Part shown: one piece after another, positions 1 to 11,302 of the stretch
Layout: every line of letters starts with the position of its first letter
Numbering within the stretch: the first letter of the stretch is position 1
From: Leucoraja ocellata
Taxonomy: Eukaryota
Assembly (NCBI GenBank): GCA_036785375.1
Contig: JAWMAR010000471.1
Location: 1 to 64,000 of the forward strand
DNA length: 64,000 nucleotides
Reading direction: 5' to 3'
Program-made: the position numbers and the translations under genes
Notes under the pieces: model-generated
What the model saw: only the letters and a program-made list of their open reading frames with translations
Told to the model about the DNA's origin: nothing
Databases searched by the model: none

Positions 1-4
1 TGAC

Positions 5-43
5 AGTTTTTGTACAGACTCAGCCCTATTCTGCGCCACCGTG
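5..43 (-). other. 23-bp spacer recombination signal sequence of V1 (an equivalent RSS occupies the 39 bp immediately left of every V exon)
   Basis: Minus strand: heptamer CACGGTG (37-43), 23-bp spacer (14-36), nonamer ACAAAAACT (5-13), abutting the ...YYCALN coding end. Confidence 0.95.
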
Positions 44-902
44 GAGTTCAGAGCGCAGTAATACATCGCCGAGTCTCGGAGCCGCGTTAGTGACACCGTC
101 AGCGGGAACGTTCCTGTTAAAAGGTCGAGCTCCGCAGAGAAGCGTTCACCGGCATTGTTCTTCGGGGCGGCTTCGTATTTCGTTCTGAGCAGCAGAAATT
201 CAAGGGATCCGCCGGGATACTGACGGTACCAGATAAAACCAGCATTGTTCGAGTTTGTAGCTGTATAGTTGCAGCTCAATTTTGTATCCTCCCCTTCACT
301 CACTGTAAACGCTGCCGGTGTCTGAGAAACGGCGTCGCCTCGACAATTCCCTGCAAGATTGCGGACAAACATAACACAACATCACCTAATTCAGCTCATA
401 CGTCAGAATACCCCTCATCCTGATACTGATATGAGGTACAATGACATCAAACATATCTCTCCTCTAAAAAATAAATAAATATGGGCGGAAAGGCGCTGGA
501 AAATTACTGAATAAATTGATCATTAAAGAAAATCCAACCCGTTCCATCGGACTGGACGTCGTTATTGCTTCCGGGGAGGAAGGGGGAAATCGTAGATCAC
601 TCGTGCGTGAACCGCCGGTGTGTTCTAACTCTACGATGCTTCTCCGTCGGCGCTGCTTTCAAACAATTAACCTTGAAACTCACCTCGAATTTCCGAACAT
701 CAATTACTGTGAAACTGCATCTTTTTTCCTAATGTGCTCTGCGTTTACTGTCCTCATACGGACTCATTTTCTAAAGTCGTTGTGTTGCATTCAAGGTATT
801 TGGTTGATTAAATATCATGCCCTACATTATTGGAAACGTGGAGAACTTACCGGTTAAGAGAGCTGCAGCTGTAAGAAGCCAATACATTGTCAAGACCAGC
901 AT
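44..902 (-). CDS. TRAV: V1: TCR alpha/delta V segment, apparently intact
   Basis: Leader 851-902 (MLVLTMYWLLTAAALLT, GTAAGT donor), V exon 44-350 after ttgcAG. Translated by hand: GNCRGDAVSQTPAAFTVSEGEDTKLSCNYTATNSNNAGFIWYRQYPGGSLEFLLLRTKYEAAPKNNAGERFSAELDLLTGTFPLTVSLTRLRDSAMYYCALN. Confidence 0.88.
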
Positions 903-944
903 GTTGTAATTGCATTGAGAGTGAATATGAACTGAAATGGTCTC

Positions 945-1173
945 ACCCGGAAACAGGTTTAATCTGATATTGTAAAAGAGCTGTGGTCTAGGCTCTTCAT
1001 TCATTGGCTTATTCGTGACAGCGTCACATCCTGTCTGCGCGGAGCTAATATGTTCACCAACTCCCCGAAGTTTCTTAATTCCGCCAATCACATCACTGCT
1101 TTTGGTGCCCAATCATCTCAAACCTCCTTTGCGTACTGTTCCATGACGTCACAGGAAGGGAAAGGCCGGAAGT
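945..1173 (-). promoter_or_regulatory. V-segment promoter (repeated upstream of each leader)
   Basis: RUNX TGTGGT 982-987, CCAAT-type boxes near 1003, 1084 and 1109, palindromic CRE TGACGTCA 1144-1151, ETS CCGGAAGT 1166-1173. CRE, ETS and RUNX sites are established features of TCR regulatory regions. Function here is inferred from motif and position only. Confidence 0.65.
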
Positions 1174-1180
1174 ACAATAT

Positions 1181-1376
1181 ATTATTAGATTAGATTAGAT
1201 TAGATTCAACTTTAATGTCATTGCACATTTACAGTACAACGAAATGGTTTAACTGAGCTGTCAAAACATAGAATGAAATAACAACACACGCTCAACACAG
1301 TTTTAACATCCACCACAGTGAGTCCACCAGGCACCTCCTCACTGTGATGGAAGGCAAAAGTCCCAAAGTCCTCGAA
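1181..1376 (-). mobile_element. About 190-bp non-coding retroposon fragment with Rex1/L2-like 3' stem-loop and (TCTAA)n tail; 26 copies, one per unit
   Basis: Minus strand ends CATTTCGTT-stem-loop-AATGACAATAAA-(TCTAA)n. The empty site is visible in other units (20671-20700, aagtataatatataataaacaaaattc) and implies a TAAT target duplication. Other copies start near 2860, 6806, 8481, 14542, 16201, 18640, 22100, 23780, 25460, 27126, 29662, 32220, 34074, 35741, 37152, 41398, 42984, 44654, 48973, 50629, 53091, 56551, 58231, 59911, 61573. Confidence 0.75.
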
Positions 1377-1714
1377 ATAATTAAAATTAAATAAATGAAC
1401 AACCAAGTCGATGTGCGTAAGATGCATGAAGTTCTTAATGCAACCGAAGACATTTCATAGTTCATCTTTTAGTGCTGTGTAGTGGTCAAAAAACTAATAT
1501 TTATTTGTTAGAAGCTATTATTCAACCCAATTATCATGGGTTTTTTAAATATTTAAAAATCGTGTATTAATTACAGCAAACACACTGGCGTCGGGACGGG
1601 TGCAGCAATCTACGAGGACGCGCCGATGCTGAGAAAGTTGTGCTTACGGGGTGATACGTCAGTGGGTGCACTGGTAGTTTTTGTACAGGCTCAGCCCAAT
1701 TCTGCGTCTCCGTG

Positions 1715-2570
1715 AGGCTCAGAGCGCAGTAATACATCGCCGAGTCTCGGAGCCGCGTTTGTGACACCGTCAGCGGGATCGTTCCTGTCGAATGGTCGAG
1801 CTCCGCAGAAAAACGGTCCCCGGCATTGTTCTTCTCGTCGTCTTGGTATTTCGTTCTGAGCAGCAGAAACTCAAGGGATCCGCCGGGATACTGACGGTAC
1901 CAGATTAGTCCAAGATTGGTCGTGCTTGTAGCTGTATAGCTGCAGTTCAATTTTGTATCCTCCCCTTCACTCACTCTAACCGCTGCCGGTCTCTGAGAAA
2001 CGGTGTCGCCTCGACAATTCCCTGCAAGAGACCGGGGATAAATAACACAACATCACCTAATTCAGCTCATACTTCAGAATACCCCTCATCCTGATACTGA
2101 TATGAGGTACAATGACATCAAACATACCCCTCCCCCAAAAGCTAAATAAACATGGGCAGAAAGGCGCTGGGAATTACCAAATAAATTGATCTTTAAAGAT
2201 AATCCAACCCGTTTCATCGTCCTGGACGGCGTTATTGCTTCCGGGGAGGGAAAAGGGACTCGTAGATCACTCGTGCTTGAACCACCGGTGTGCTCTAACT
2301 CTACGATACTTCTCCGTCGGGGCTGCTTTCCAACAATTAACCTGGAAACTCACCTCAAATTTCCGAACATCAATTACTGAGAAACTATCTTTTCTCCGAA
2401 TGTGCTCTGCGTTTACTGGCCTCATACGGACTCCCTTTCTAGAGTCGTTGTGTTGCCTTCAAGGTATTTGGTTGATTAAATATGTTGTCCTACATTATTG
2501 GAAACGTGGTGAACTTACCGGTTAAGAGAGCTGCAGCTGTAAGAAGCCAATGCATTGTCAAGGCCAGCAT
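1715..2570 (-). CDS. TRAV: V2: TCR alpha/delta V segment, apparently intact
   Basis: Leader 2519-2570, V exon 1715-2021. RSS CACGGAG-23-ACAAAAACT. CDR2 region RTKYQDDEK. Confidence 0.88.
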
Positions 2571-3375
2571 GTTGTAATTGCATTGAGAGTGAATATGAAC
2601 TGAAATGGTCTCACCCGGAAACAGGTTTAATCTGATATTGTGAAAGGGGTGTGGTCGATGTTCTTCATTCATTGGCTTATTCTTGACAGCGTCACGTCCC
2701 GTCGGCGCGGAGCTAATTTGTTCTCCAACTCCCCGAATTCACTCAGTTTCTTCATTCCGCCAATCACATCAATGCTTTTGTTGCCCAATCATCTCACACC
2801 TCCTTTCTTTTCTGTTCCATTGCGTCACGGGGGGGGCAAGGCCGGAAGTACAATATATCATTAGATTAGATTAGTTTAGATTCAACTTTATTGTCATTGC
2901 ACATTTATAGTACAACGAAATGGTTTAACCGAGCTGTCATAACATAGAATAAAAACACACACTCAACACAGTTTTAACATCCACCACAGTGAGTCCACCA
3001 GGCACCTGCTCACTGTGATGGAAGGCAAAAGTCCCAAATTCCTTGTAATAAACAAAATGTAATACATTAACAACCAGGTCCATGTGCAGAAGTTGCATGA
3101 CGTGCTTAATGCAACCGAATACAGTTAATAATTCATCTATTAGTGCTGTGTAGTGTTCAATAACCTAATATTTGTTTGTTAGAAGCTATTCTTCAACCCA
3201 ATTACCATGGGTTTTTTAAATATATAAAAATCGTGTATTAATGACAGTAAACACACTGGCGTCGGGACGGGTGCAGCAATCAACAAGGGCGCGCCGATGC
3301 TGACAAACGCGCTGCAAACTGACGGGCATCTCTGATAGTTTTTGTAGAGGCTCAGCCCAATTCTGAGCCACCGTG

Positions 3376-4234
3376 GGGTTCAGAGCGCAGTAATACGTCG
3401 CCGAGTCTCGGAGCCGCGTTTGTGACACCTTCAGCGGGACCGTTCCTGTCGAATGGTTGAGCTCAGCAGAAAAACGGTCCCCGGCATTGTTCTTCTCGCC
3501 GCCTTTGTATGTCCTTCTGAGCAGCAGAAACTCAAGGGAGCCGCCGGGATACTGACGGTACCAGATTAGTCCAGGAGAGTTCGTGCTTGTAGCTGTATAG
3601 TTGCAGTTCAACTGTGCGTCATCCCCTTCACTCACTGTAACCGCTGCCGGTGTCTGAGAAACGGCGTCGCCTCGACAATTCCCTGCAAGAGAGCGGGGAT
3701 AAATAACACAACATCACCTAATTCAGCTCATACTTCAGAATAGCCCTCGTCCTGATACTGATATGAGGTACAATGACATCACACATACCCCTCCGTTAAA
3801 AGCTAAACGAAGATGGGCGGAAATGCGCTGGGAATTACCGAATAAATTGATCTTTAAAGATAATCCAACCTGTTTCATCGGACTGGACGTCGTTATTGCT
3901 TCCGGGGAGGAAGGGGGAAATCGTGGATCACTCGTACGGGGACCACCGGTGTGTTCTAACTATATGATGCTTCACCATCGTGGCTGCTTTCCAACAATTA
4001 ACCTGGAAACTCACCTCGAATTTCCGAACATCAATTACTGTGAAACTGCATCTTTTTTTCCAAATGTGCTCTGCGTTTATTGTCGTCATACGGACTCCCT
4101 TTCTAAAGTCGTTGTGTTGCATTCAAGGTATTTGGTTGATTAAATATCATGCCCTACATTATTGGAAACGTGGTGAGCTTACCGGTTAAGAGAGCTGCAG
4201 CTGTAAGAAGTCAATACATTGTCAAGGCCAGCAT
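3376..4234 (-). pseudogene. TRAV: V3: V segment with nonsense codon in the leader
   Basis: V exon 3376-3682 is open with RSS CACGGTG-23-ACAAAAACT. Leader 4183-4234 has Trp TGG>TGA (tca at 4211-4213), downstream of both leader ATGs. The promoter also carries a Rex1-like insertion. Confidence 0.85.
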
Positions 4235-4443
4235 GTTGTAATTGCATTGAGAGTGAACATGAACTGAAATGGTCTCACCCGGAAACAGGTTTAATCTGAT
4301 ATTGTGAAAGGGGTGTGGTCTAGGTTCTTCATTCAGTGGCTTATTCTTGACAGCGTCACAGACCGTCGGCGCGGAGCTGATTTGTTCTCAAACTCTCTGA
4401 ATTCACACAGTTTCTTAATTCAGCCAATCACATCATTGCTTTT

Positions 4444-4805
4444 GTAAGTAAGTTTATTCGTCAAGTATTCACATACAAAGAATATGCCTTGGAGCTCCGC
4501 CCACAAGTAACAACATAACATACAGTGACAGTTACGAATGACGCAGAAAACACTAAACATTGATAATATTAAAACATTCATGATAAAACACCATTCATCA
4601 AGCATGTGAACCAACAAAACACCAGATCAAAGGGAGGCTACAGATATTTGGCTGGAGTAGAGTAACTACTCGTGAATAAAAACTGTTTTTATGTCTGGCT
4701 GTGGCAGCTTTGACAGTCCGGAGTCGCCTTCCTGAGGGAAGTGATTCAAATAGTTTGTCGCCAGGGTGAGAGGGGTCAGAGATGATCTTTCCCGCTCGCT
4801 TCCTC
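4444..4805 (-). mobile_element. 5'-truncated Rex1/Babar-type LINE 3' end
   Basis: Encodes KRAGKIISDPSHPGDKLFESLPSGRRLRTVKAATARHKNSFY, resembling the Rex1/Babar ORF C-terminus (recognised from memory), then a 3' UTR, AATAAA-like signal and (ACTT)n tail. It interrupts the unit sequence cttttgt|tgcccaatc. Confidence 0.8.
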
Positions 4806-5164
4806 TTGTTGCCCAATCATCTCAAACCTCCTTTGTTTTCTGCTCCATGACGTCACAGGAGGGGCAAGGTCTGAAGTATAATATACAATAAACAAAATTC
4901 AATAAATAAACAGCAACATTCATGTACACGAAAGGCATGAAGTGCTTAGTGCAACCGAAGACAGTTCATTGTTCATCTGTTACTGCTGTGTATTGTTCAG
5001 GAACCTAATGTTTAAATATGAGAATCTGGTGGTACATACAGGCGGTGGGACGGATGCAGCATTCAGCGAGGAAGGCCCGATGCTGACACAGTTCCACGCG
5101 CTGATACGTGACTGGGTCCGCTTTGAGTTTTTGTACAGGCTCAGCCCAATTCTGCGCCTCCGTG

Positions 5165-6022
5165 GGGCTCAGAGCGCAGTAATACACCGCCGAGTCTCGG
5201 AGCCGCGTTGGTGACACCGTCAGCGGGACCGTTCCTGCCAAAAGGTCGAGCTCCGCAGAGAAGCGTTCACCGGCATTGTTCTTCGGGGCGACTTCGTATT
5301 TCATTCTGAGCAGCAGAAACTCAAGGGATCCGCCGGGAAACTGACGGTACCAGATAAGACCAGGATTGTCCGAGCTTGTAGCTGTATAGCTGCAGTTCAA
5401 CTGTGCGTCATCCCCTTCACTCACTGTAACCGCTGCCGGTGTCTGAGAAACGGCGTCGCCTCGACAATTCCCTGCAAGAGTCCGGGAATAAAAAAACACA
5501 ACATCACCTAATTAAGCTCATATTTCAGAATACCCCTCATCCTGATACTGATATGAGGTACAATGACATCAAACATACCCCTCCTCTAAAAGCTAAATAA
5601 AGATGGGCGGAAAGGCGGTAGGAAATGTCTAATTGATTCATCTTTAAAGATATTACAACCCGTTCCATCGGACTGGACGTCGTTATTGCTTCCGGGGAGG
5701 GAAAAGGGAATCGTAGTTCACTCGTGCGTGAACCGCCGGTGTGTTCTAACTCTACGATGCTTCACCATCGCGGTTGCTTTCCAACAATTAACCTGGAAAC
5801 TCACCTCACATTTCCGAACATCAATTACTGTGAAACTGCATCTTTTTGCATATGTGCTCTGCGTTTACTGTCCTCATACGGACTCCCTTTCTAAAGTCAT
5901 TGTGTTGCATTCAAGGCATTTGGTTGATTAAATGTCAGTTCCTACAATAATGGAAACGTGGTGAACTTACCGGTTAAGAGAGCTGCAGCTGTAAGAAGCC
6001 AATACATTGTCAAGGCCAGCAT
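5165..6022 (-). CDS. TRAV: V4: TCR alpha/delta V segment, apparently intact
   Basis: Leader 5971-6022, V exon 5165-5471. RSS CACGGAG-23-ACAAAAACT. CDR2 region RMKYEVAPK. Confidence 0.88.
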
Positions 6023-6289
6023 GATGTAATTGCATTGAGAGTGAATATGAACTGAAATGGTCTCACCCGGAAACAGGTTTAATCTGATATTGTAAAAGAG
6101 CTGTGGTCTAGGTTCTTCATTCATTGGCTTATTCTTGACAGCGTCACGTCCCGTCAGCGCGGAGCTAATTTGTTCTCCAGCTCCCCGATTTTTCTTAATT
6201 CTGCCAATCACATCACTGCTTTTGTTGCCCAATCATTTCAAACGTCCTTTCTTTTCTGTTCCAGGGCGTCACAGGAGGGGCAAGACCGG

Positions 6290-6497
6290 TATTGTACTTC
6301 CGGTGGCGATGGTGCCAGCAGCCTCCACCTACAGCCCGGTATCTTTTTGTTTTTTTGTTTATTTAGTTATGTAAAAGTGTGTTTTTTTGTGTTTTTTTGT
6401 GTTTTTTATGTGGGGGAAGAGGGCACGGTGCGGGGGATACCGTACTTCAGCCGCTTCCTGGTGAGGACGTGACTATTATTCGAGTCGCGTCCTCGCC

Positions 6498-6528
<31 letters not shown>

Positions 6529-6789
6529 ACCATGGCTGGACTATGGTGCCGTCCTCACCTGGGTGCCATTTATGTTATGTTGTGTCGTGGACTTCTGTAT
6601 CTGTGCTTTTTTTTTTAATTTTAATTCAATTTCAATTTTATTTTTAATATGTTTTATTATTTATTTATTATTTATTTTTATAATTTCTTTGTGATTTTTT
6701 TAATGATACTGCCTGTAAGGAAAATTCATTTCGTTGTCTCAAATTGAGACAATGACAATAAATTTGAATACAATACAATACAATACAAA
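6290..6789 (+). mobile_element. About 500-bp non-coding retroposon insertion with (CAATA)n tail, single copy in this window
   Basis: Absent from other units. It has T-rich and poly-C tracts and ends CATTTCGTTGTCTCAAATTGAGACAATGACAATAAA followed by (CAATA)n. It is inserted in the ETS motif of the V4 promoter. Confidence 0.75.
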
Positions 6790-7337
6790 GGAAGGACAAT
6801 ATATAATTAGATTAGATTAGATTAGATTCAACTTTATTGTCATTGCACATTTACAGTACAACGAAATGGTTTAACCGAGCTGTCATAACATAGAATAAAA
6901 TAACAAAACACACACTCAACACAGTTTTAACATTCACCACAGTGAGTACACCAGGCACCTCCTCACTGTGATGGAAGGCAAAAGTCCCAAAGTCCTTGTA
7001 ATAAACAAAATTTAATAAATTAACAACCAGGTCCATGTGCATAATATGCATGAAGTGCTTAATGCCACCGAATACATTCCATAGTTCATCTTTTAGTGTT
7101 GTGTAGTGTTCAATAACTTAATATTTGTTTGTTAAAAGCTATTTTTCAACCCAATTATTATGTTTTTTCAATTATTTATTAATCGTATAATCATGACAGC
7201 AAACACACTGGCGTTGGAACGGAAGCAGCAATCAACGAAGACGCGCCGATGCTGAGAAAGTTGTGCTTACGCGGTGATACGTGAGTGGGTACACTGGTAG
7301 TATTTGTGCAGGCTCAGCCCAATTCTGCGCCACCGTG

Positions 7338-8194
7338 GGGTTTAGAGCGCAGTAATACATCGCCGAGTCTCGGAGCCGCGTTTGTGACACCGTCAGCGGG
7401 ACCGTTCCTGTCGAATGGTCGAGCTCCGCAGAGAAACGTTCCCCGGCATTGTTCTTCGGGGCGGCTTCGTATTTCATTCTGAGCAGCAGAAACTCAAGGG
7501 ATCCGCCGGGATACTGACGGTACCAGATAAGACCAAGATTGGTCGCGCTTGTAGCTGTATAGTTGCAGCTCAATTTTGTATCATCCCCTTCACTCACTGT
7601 AACCGCTGCCGGTGTCTGAGAAACGGCGTCGCCTCGACAATTCCCTGAAAGAATCCGGGGAAAAATAACACAACATCACCTAATTCAGCTCATATTTCAG
7701 AATATCCCTCATCCTGATACTGATATGAGGTACAATGACATCAAACATACCCCTCCCCCAAAAGCTAAATAAAGATGGGCGGAAAGGCGCTGGGAATTAC
7801 CGAATAAATTGATCTTTACAGATAATCCAACCCGTTCCATCGGACTGGACGTCGTTATTGCTTCCGGGGAGGAAGGGGGAAATCGTAGATCCCTCGTGCG
7901 TGAACCGCCGGTGTGTTCTAACGCTACGATGCTTCTCCGTTGGGGCTGCATTTCAACAATTAACCTGGAAACTCACCTCGAATTTCCGAACATCAATTAC
8001 TGTGAAACTGCATCTTTTTGCATATGTGCTCTGCGTTTACTGTCCTCATACGGACTCCCTTTCTAAAGTCATTCTGTTGCATTCAAGGTATTTGGTTGAT
8101 TAAATATCAGTTCCTACAGTATTGGAAATGTCCTGAACTTACCGGTTAAGAGGGCTGCAGCTGTAAGAAGCCAATACATTGTCAAGGCCAGCAT
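7338..8194 (-). CDS. TRAV: V5: TCR alpha/delta V segment, apparently intact
   Basis: Leader 8143-8194, V exon 7338-7644. RSS CACGGTG-23-ACAAATACT (variant nonamer). Confidence 0.87.
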
Positions 8195-9003
8195 GTTGTA
8201 ATTGCATTGAGAGTGAATATGAACTGAAATAGTCTCACCCGGAAACAGGTTTAATCTGATATTGTGAAAGAGCTGTGGTCTAGGTTCTTCATTCATTGGC
8301 TTATTCTTGACAGCGTCACGTCCCGTCGGCGCGGAGCTAATTTGTTCTCCAACTCCCCGAATTCAGTTTCTTAATTCCGCCAATCACATCACAGCTTTTG
8401 TTGCCCCATCTTCTCACACCTCCTTTGTTTTCTGGTCCAATTACGTCACAGGAGGGGCAAGGCCGGAAGTACAATATATAATTAAATTGGATTAGATTAG
8501 ATTTAACTTTATTGTCATTGCACATTTATAGTACAACGAAATGGTTTAACCGAGCTGTCATAACATAGAATAAAATAACAAAACACACACTCAACACAGT
8601 TTTAACATCCACCACAGTGAGTCCACCAGGCACCGCCTCACTGTGAAGAAAGGCAAAAATCCCAAAGTCCTTGTAATAAACAAAATTCAATAATTTAACA
8701 CCCAGGTCCATGTGTATAAGATGCATGAAGTGCTTAATGCAACCGAAAACATTTGATGGTTCATCTTTTAGTGCTGTGTAGTGTTCAATAACCTAATATT
8801 TGTCTGTTAGAAGCTATTCATCAACCCAATTATCATGGGGTTTTTTAACATTCAAAACTCATGTATTAATGACAGCAAATACACTGGCTTTGGGACGGGT
8901 GCAGCAATCAACAAGGGCGCGCCGATGCTGACAAACGCGCTGCAAACTGACGGGGATCTCTGATTGTTTTTGTACAGGCTCAGCCCAATTCTGCGCCACC
9001 GTG

Positions 9004-9861
9004 GGGTTCAGAGCGCAGTAATACGTCGCCGAGTCTCGGAGCCGCGTTTGTGACACCGTCAGCGGGACCGCTCCTGTCGAATGGTTGAGCTCCGCAGAAA
9101 AACGGTCCCCGGCATTGTTCTTCTCGCCGCCTTTGTATGTCGTTCTGAGCAGCACAAACTCAAGGGATCCGCCGGGATACTGACGGTACCAGATTAGTCC
9201 AGAGCTGCCCGTGCTTGTAGCTGTATAGTTGCAGCTCAATTTTGTATCCTCCCCTTCACTCACTCTAACCGCTGCCGGTGTCTGAGAAACGGTGTCGCCT
9301 CGACAATTCCCTGCAAGAGAGCGGGGATAAATAACACAACATCACCTAATTCAGCTCATACTTCAGAATACCCCTCATCCTGATACTGATATGAGGTACA
9401 ATGACATCAAACATACCCCTCCTCCAAAAGCTAAATAAAGATGGGCGGAAAGGCGCTGGGAATTACCGAACACATTTATCTTTAATGATAATCCAACCCG
9501 TTTCATCGGACTTGACGTCGTTATTGCTTTCGGGGAGGCAGGGGGAAATCGTAGATCACTCGTGCGTGAACCACCGGTGTGCTCTAACTCTACGATGCTT
9601 CACCATCGCGGCTGCTTTCCAACAATTAACCTGGAAACTCACCTCGAATTTCCGAACATCAATTACTGTGAAACTGCATCTTTTTTCATAATGTGCTCTG
9701 TGTTTACTGTCCTCATACGGACTCCCTTTCTAAAGGCGTTGTGTTGCATTCAAGGTATTCGGTTGATTAAATATCACGCATTACATTATTGGAAACGTGG
9801 AGAACTTACCGGTTAAGAGAGCTGCAGCTGTAAGAAGCCAATACATTGTCAAGGCCAGCAT
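9004..9861 (-). CDS. TRAV: V6: TCR alpha/delta V segment, apparently intact
   Basis: Leader 9810-9861, V exon 9004-9310. RSS CACGGTG-23-ACAAAAACA. Confidence 0.88.
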
Positions 9862-10249
9862 GTTGTAATTACATTGAGAGTGAATATGAACTGAAATGGT
9901 CTCACCCGGAAACACGTTTAATCTGATATTGTGAAAGGGGTGTGGTCTAGGCTCTTCATTCATTGGCTTATTCTTGACAGCGTCACATCTCCTCAGCGCA
10001 GAATTAATTTGTTCTCCAACTCCCCGAATTAACTCAGTTTACAATTCCGCCAATCACATCACTGCTTTTGTTGCCCAATCATCTCAAACCTCCTTTATTT
10101 TCTGCTCCATTACGTCACAGGAGGGGCAAGGCCTGAAGTACAATGTACAACAAACAAAATTCAATAAATTATTCTTCAACCCAATTGTCATGGTTTTTTT
10201 TAATTAAAAAATCGTGTCTTAATGACAGCAAACACACTGGCGTTGGGCC

Positions 10250-11302
10250 GGGATTTGAGTATAGGAGCAGAGAGGTTCTACTGCAGTTGTCCGGGGTCTT
10301 GGTATGACCACACTTGAGATTTGATCTGTTAATCTGAGGAAAGACATTCTTGCCATAGAGGGAGTACAGAGAAGGTTCACCAGACTGATTCATGGGATGT
10401 CAGGACTATCATATGAAGAAAGACTGGATAGACTCGGCTTGTACTCGCTAGAATTTAGAAGATTCAGGGGGGATCTTATAGAAAGTTACAAAATTCTTAA
10501 GGGGTTGGGCAGGCTAGATGCAGGAAGATTGTTCTCGGTGTTGGGGAAGTCCAGAACAAGGGGTCACAGTTCAAGGATAAGAAGGATATTTTAGGATCGA
10601 GATGAGAAAAAACATTTTTCACACAGAGAGTGGTGAATCTCTGGAATTCTCTGCCACAGAAGTTAGTTGAGGCCAGTTCATTGGCTATGCTTAAGAGGGA
10701 GTTAGTTGTGGCCCTTGTGGCTAAAGGCATCAAGAGGTATGGAGAGAACGCAGGTACAGGATACTGAGTTGGATGATCAGCCATGATCATATTGAATGGC
10801 GGTGCAGGCTCGAAGGGCCGAATGGCATCATCCTGCACCTATTTTCTATGTTTCCATGTTCCTAAGTTAGGTCTTTATTCTTTGGAGCGCTGAAGGTTAA
10901 GGAGGTACTTGATAGAGGTACCTCCTAAATGATTTTTTAAATGATGAGAGAGATAGACAGAGTTGACTTGGATAAGCGTTTTCCACTGAGAGTAGGGAAT
11001 ATTCAAACACGAGGACATGATTTGAGAATTAAAGGGCAGATGTTTAGGGGTAACATGAGGGGGAACTTCTTTACTCAGAGAGTGGTGGCTGTGTGGAACG
11101 AGCTTCCAGTGGAAGTGGTGGAGGCAGGTTCGATTTTTTCATTTAAAAATACATTGGATAGGTATATAGACAGGAAAGGAATGGAGGGTTATGGTCTGAG
11201 TGCAGGCAGATGAGACGAGGTGAGAATAAATGTTCGGCTCGGACTAGAAGGACTGTGATGGCCGGTTTCCATGCCATAATTGCTATACGGTTATCAGGTT
11301 AT
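10250..11302 (+). mobile_element. Two head-to-tail 5'-truncated CR1-clade LINE 3' fragments
   Basis: Fragment 1 (about 10250-10863) reads GLSYEERLDRLGLYSLEFRRFRGDLIESYKILKG...RTRGHS...FTQRVVNLWNSLP and ends in a CTATGTTT-type tail. Fragment 2 (about 10864-11302) reads ...QTRGHDLRIKG...FFTQRVVAVWNELP and ends in a GGTTAT-type tail. Both match CR1 ORF2 C-terminal motifs. Confidence 0.88.

Noticed and set aside
54-60. Embedded V-replacement heptamer at the FR3 YYC codons
   Set aside because: The sequence is TACTGCG, whose complement lacks the required CAC.
516-857. Recurrent plus-strand ORFs (MIFKDNPTR...HYWKRGELTG) in most units
   Set aside because: They are antisense to the leader intron, use non-ATG starts, are broken by different frameshifts in many copies, and have no recognisable domain. 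They recur only because the unit is repeated.
822-1112. Minus-strand ORFs MGxKSSDVIG.../MNEEPRP...TGKFTTFPIM as separate genes
   Set aside because: Only the MLALTMYWLLTAAALLT part is the leader exon. The rest is promoter/5' UTR and read-through past the GT donor.
1218-1427. Recurrent 66-69 aa hydrophobic ORF (MHLMHMDLVV...HFVVL)
   Set aside because: It straddles the boundary of the 190-bp retroposon, is absent from units lacking the insertion, and is disrupted in several copies.
1567-1714. V frames read through the RSS into C-terminal tails, suggesting an unrearranged VpreB-like or secreted V-only protein
   Set aside because: The tails use different frames of homologous DNA (LPVHPLTY... versus LSEIPVSL...) and stop at variable positions, including inside or right after the nonamer (V7, V20, V24). 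No coding constraint is evident.
10497-10838. Minus-strand ORF MQDDAIRPFEPAPPF... (also 46893-47168)
   Set aside because: It is the antisense frame of the CR1 fragment.
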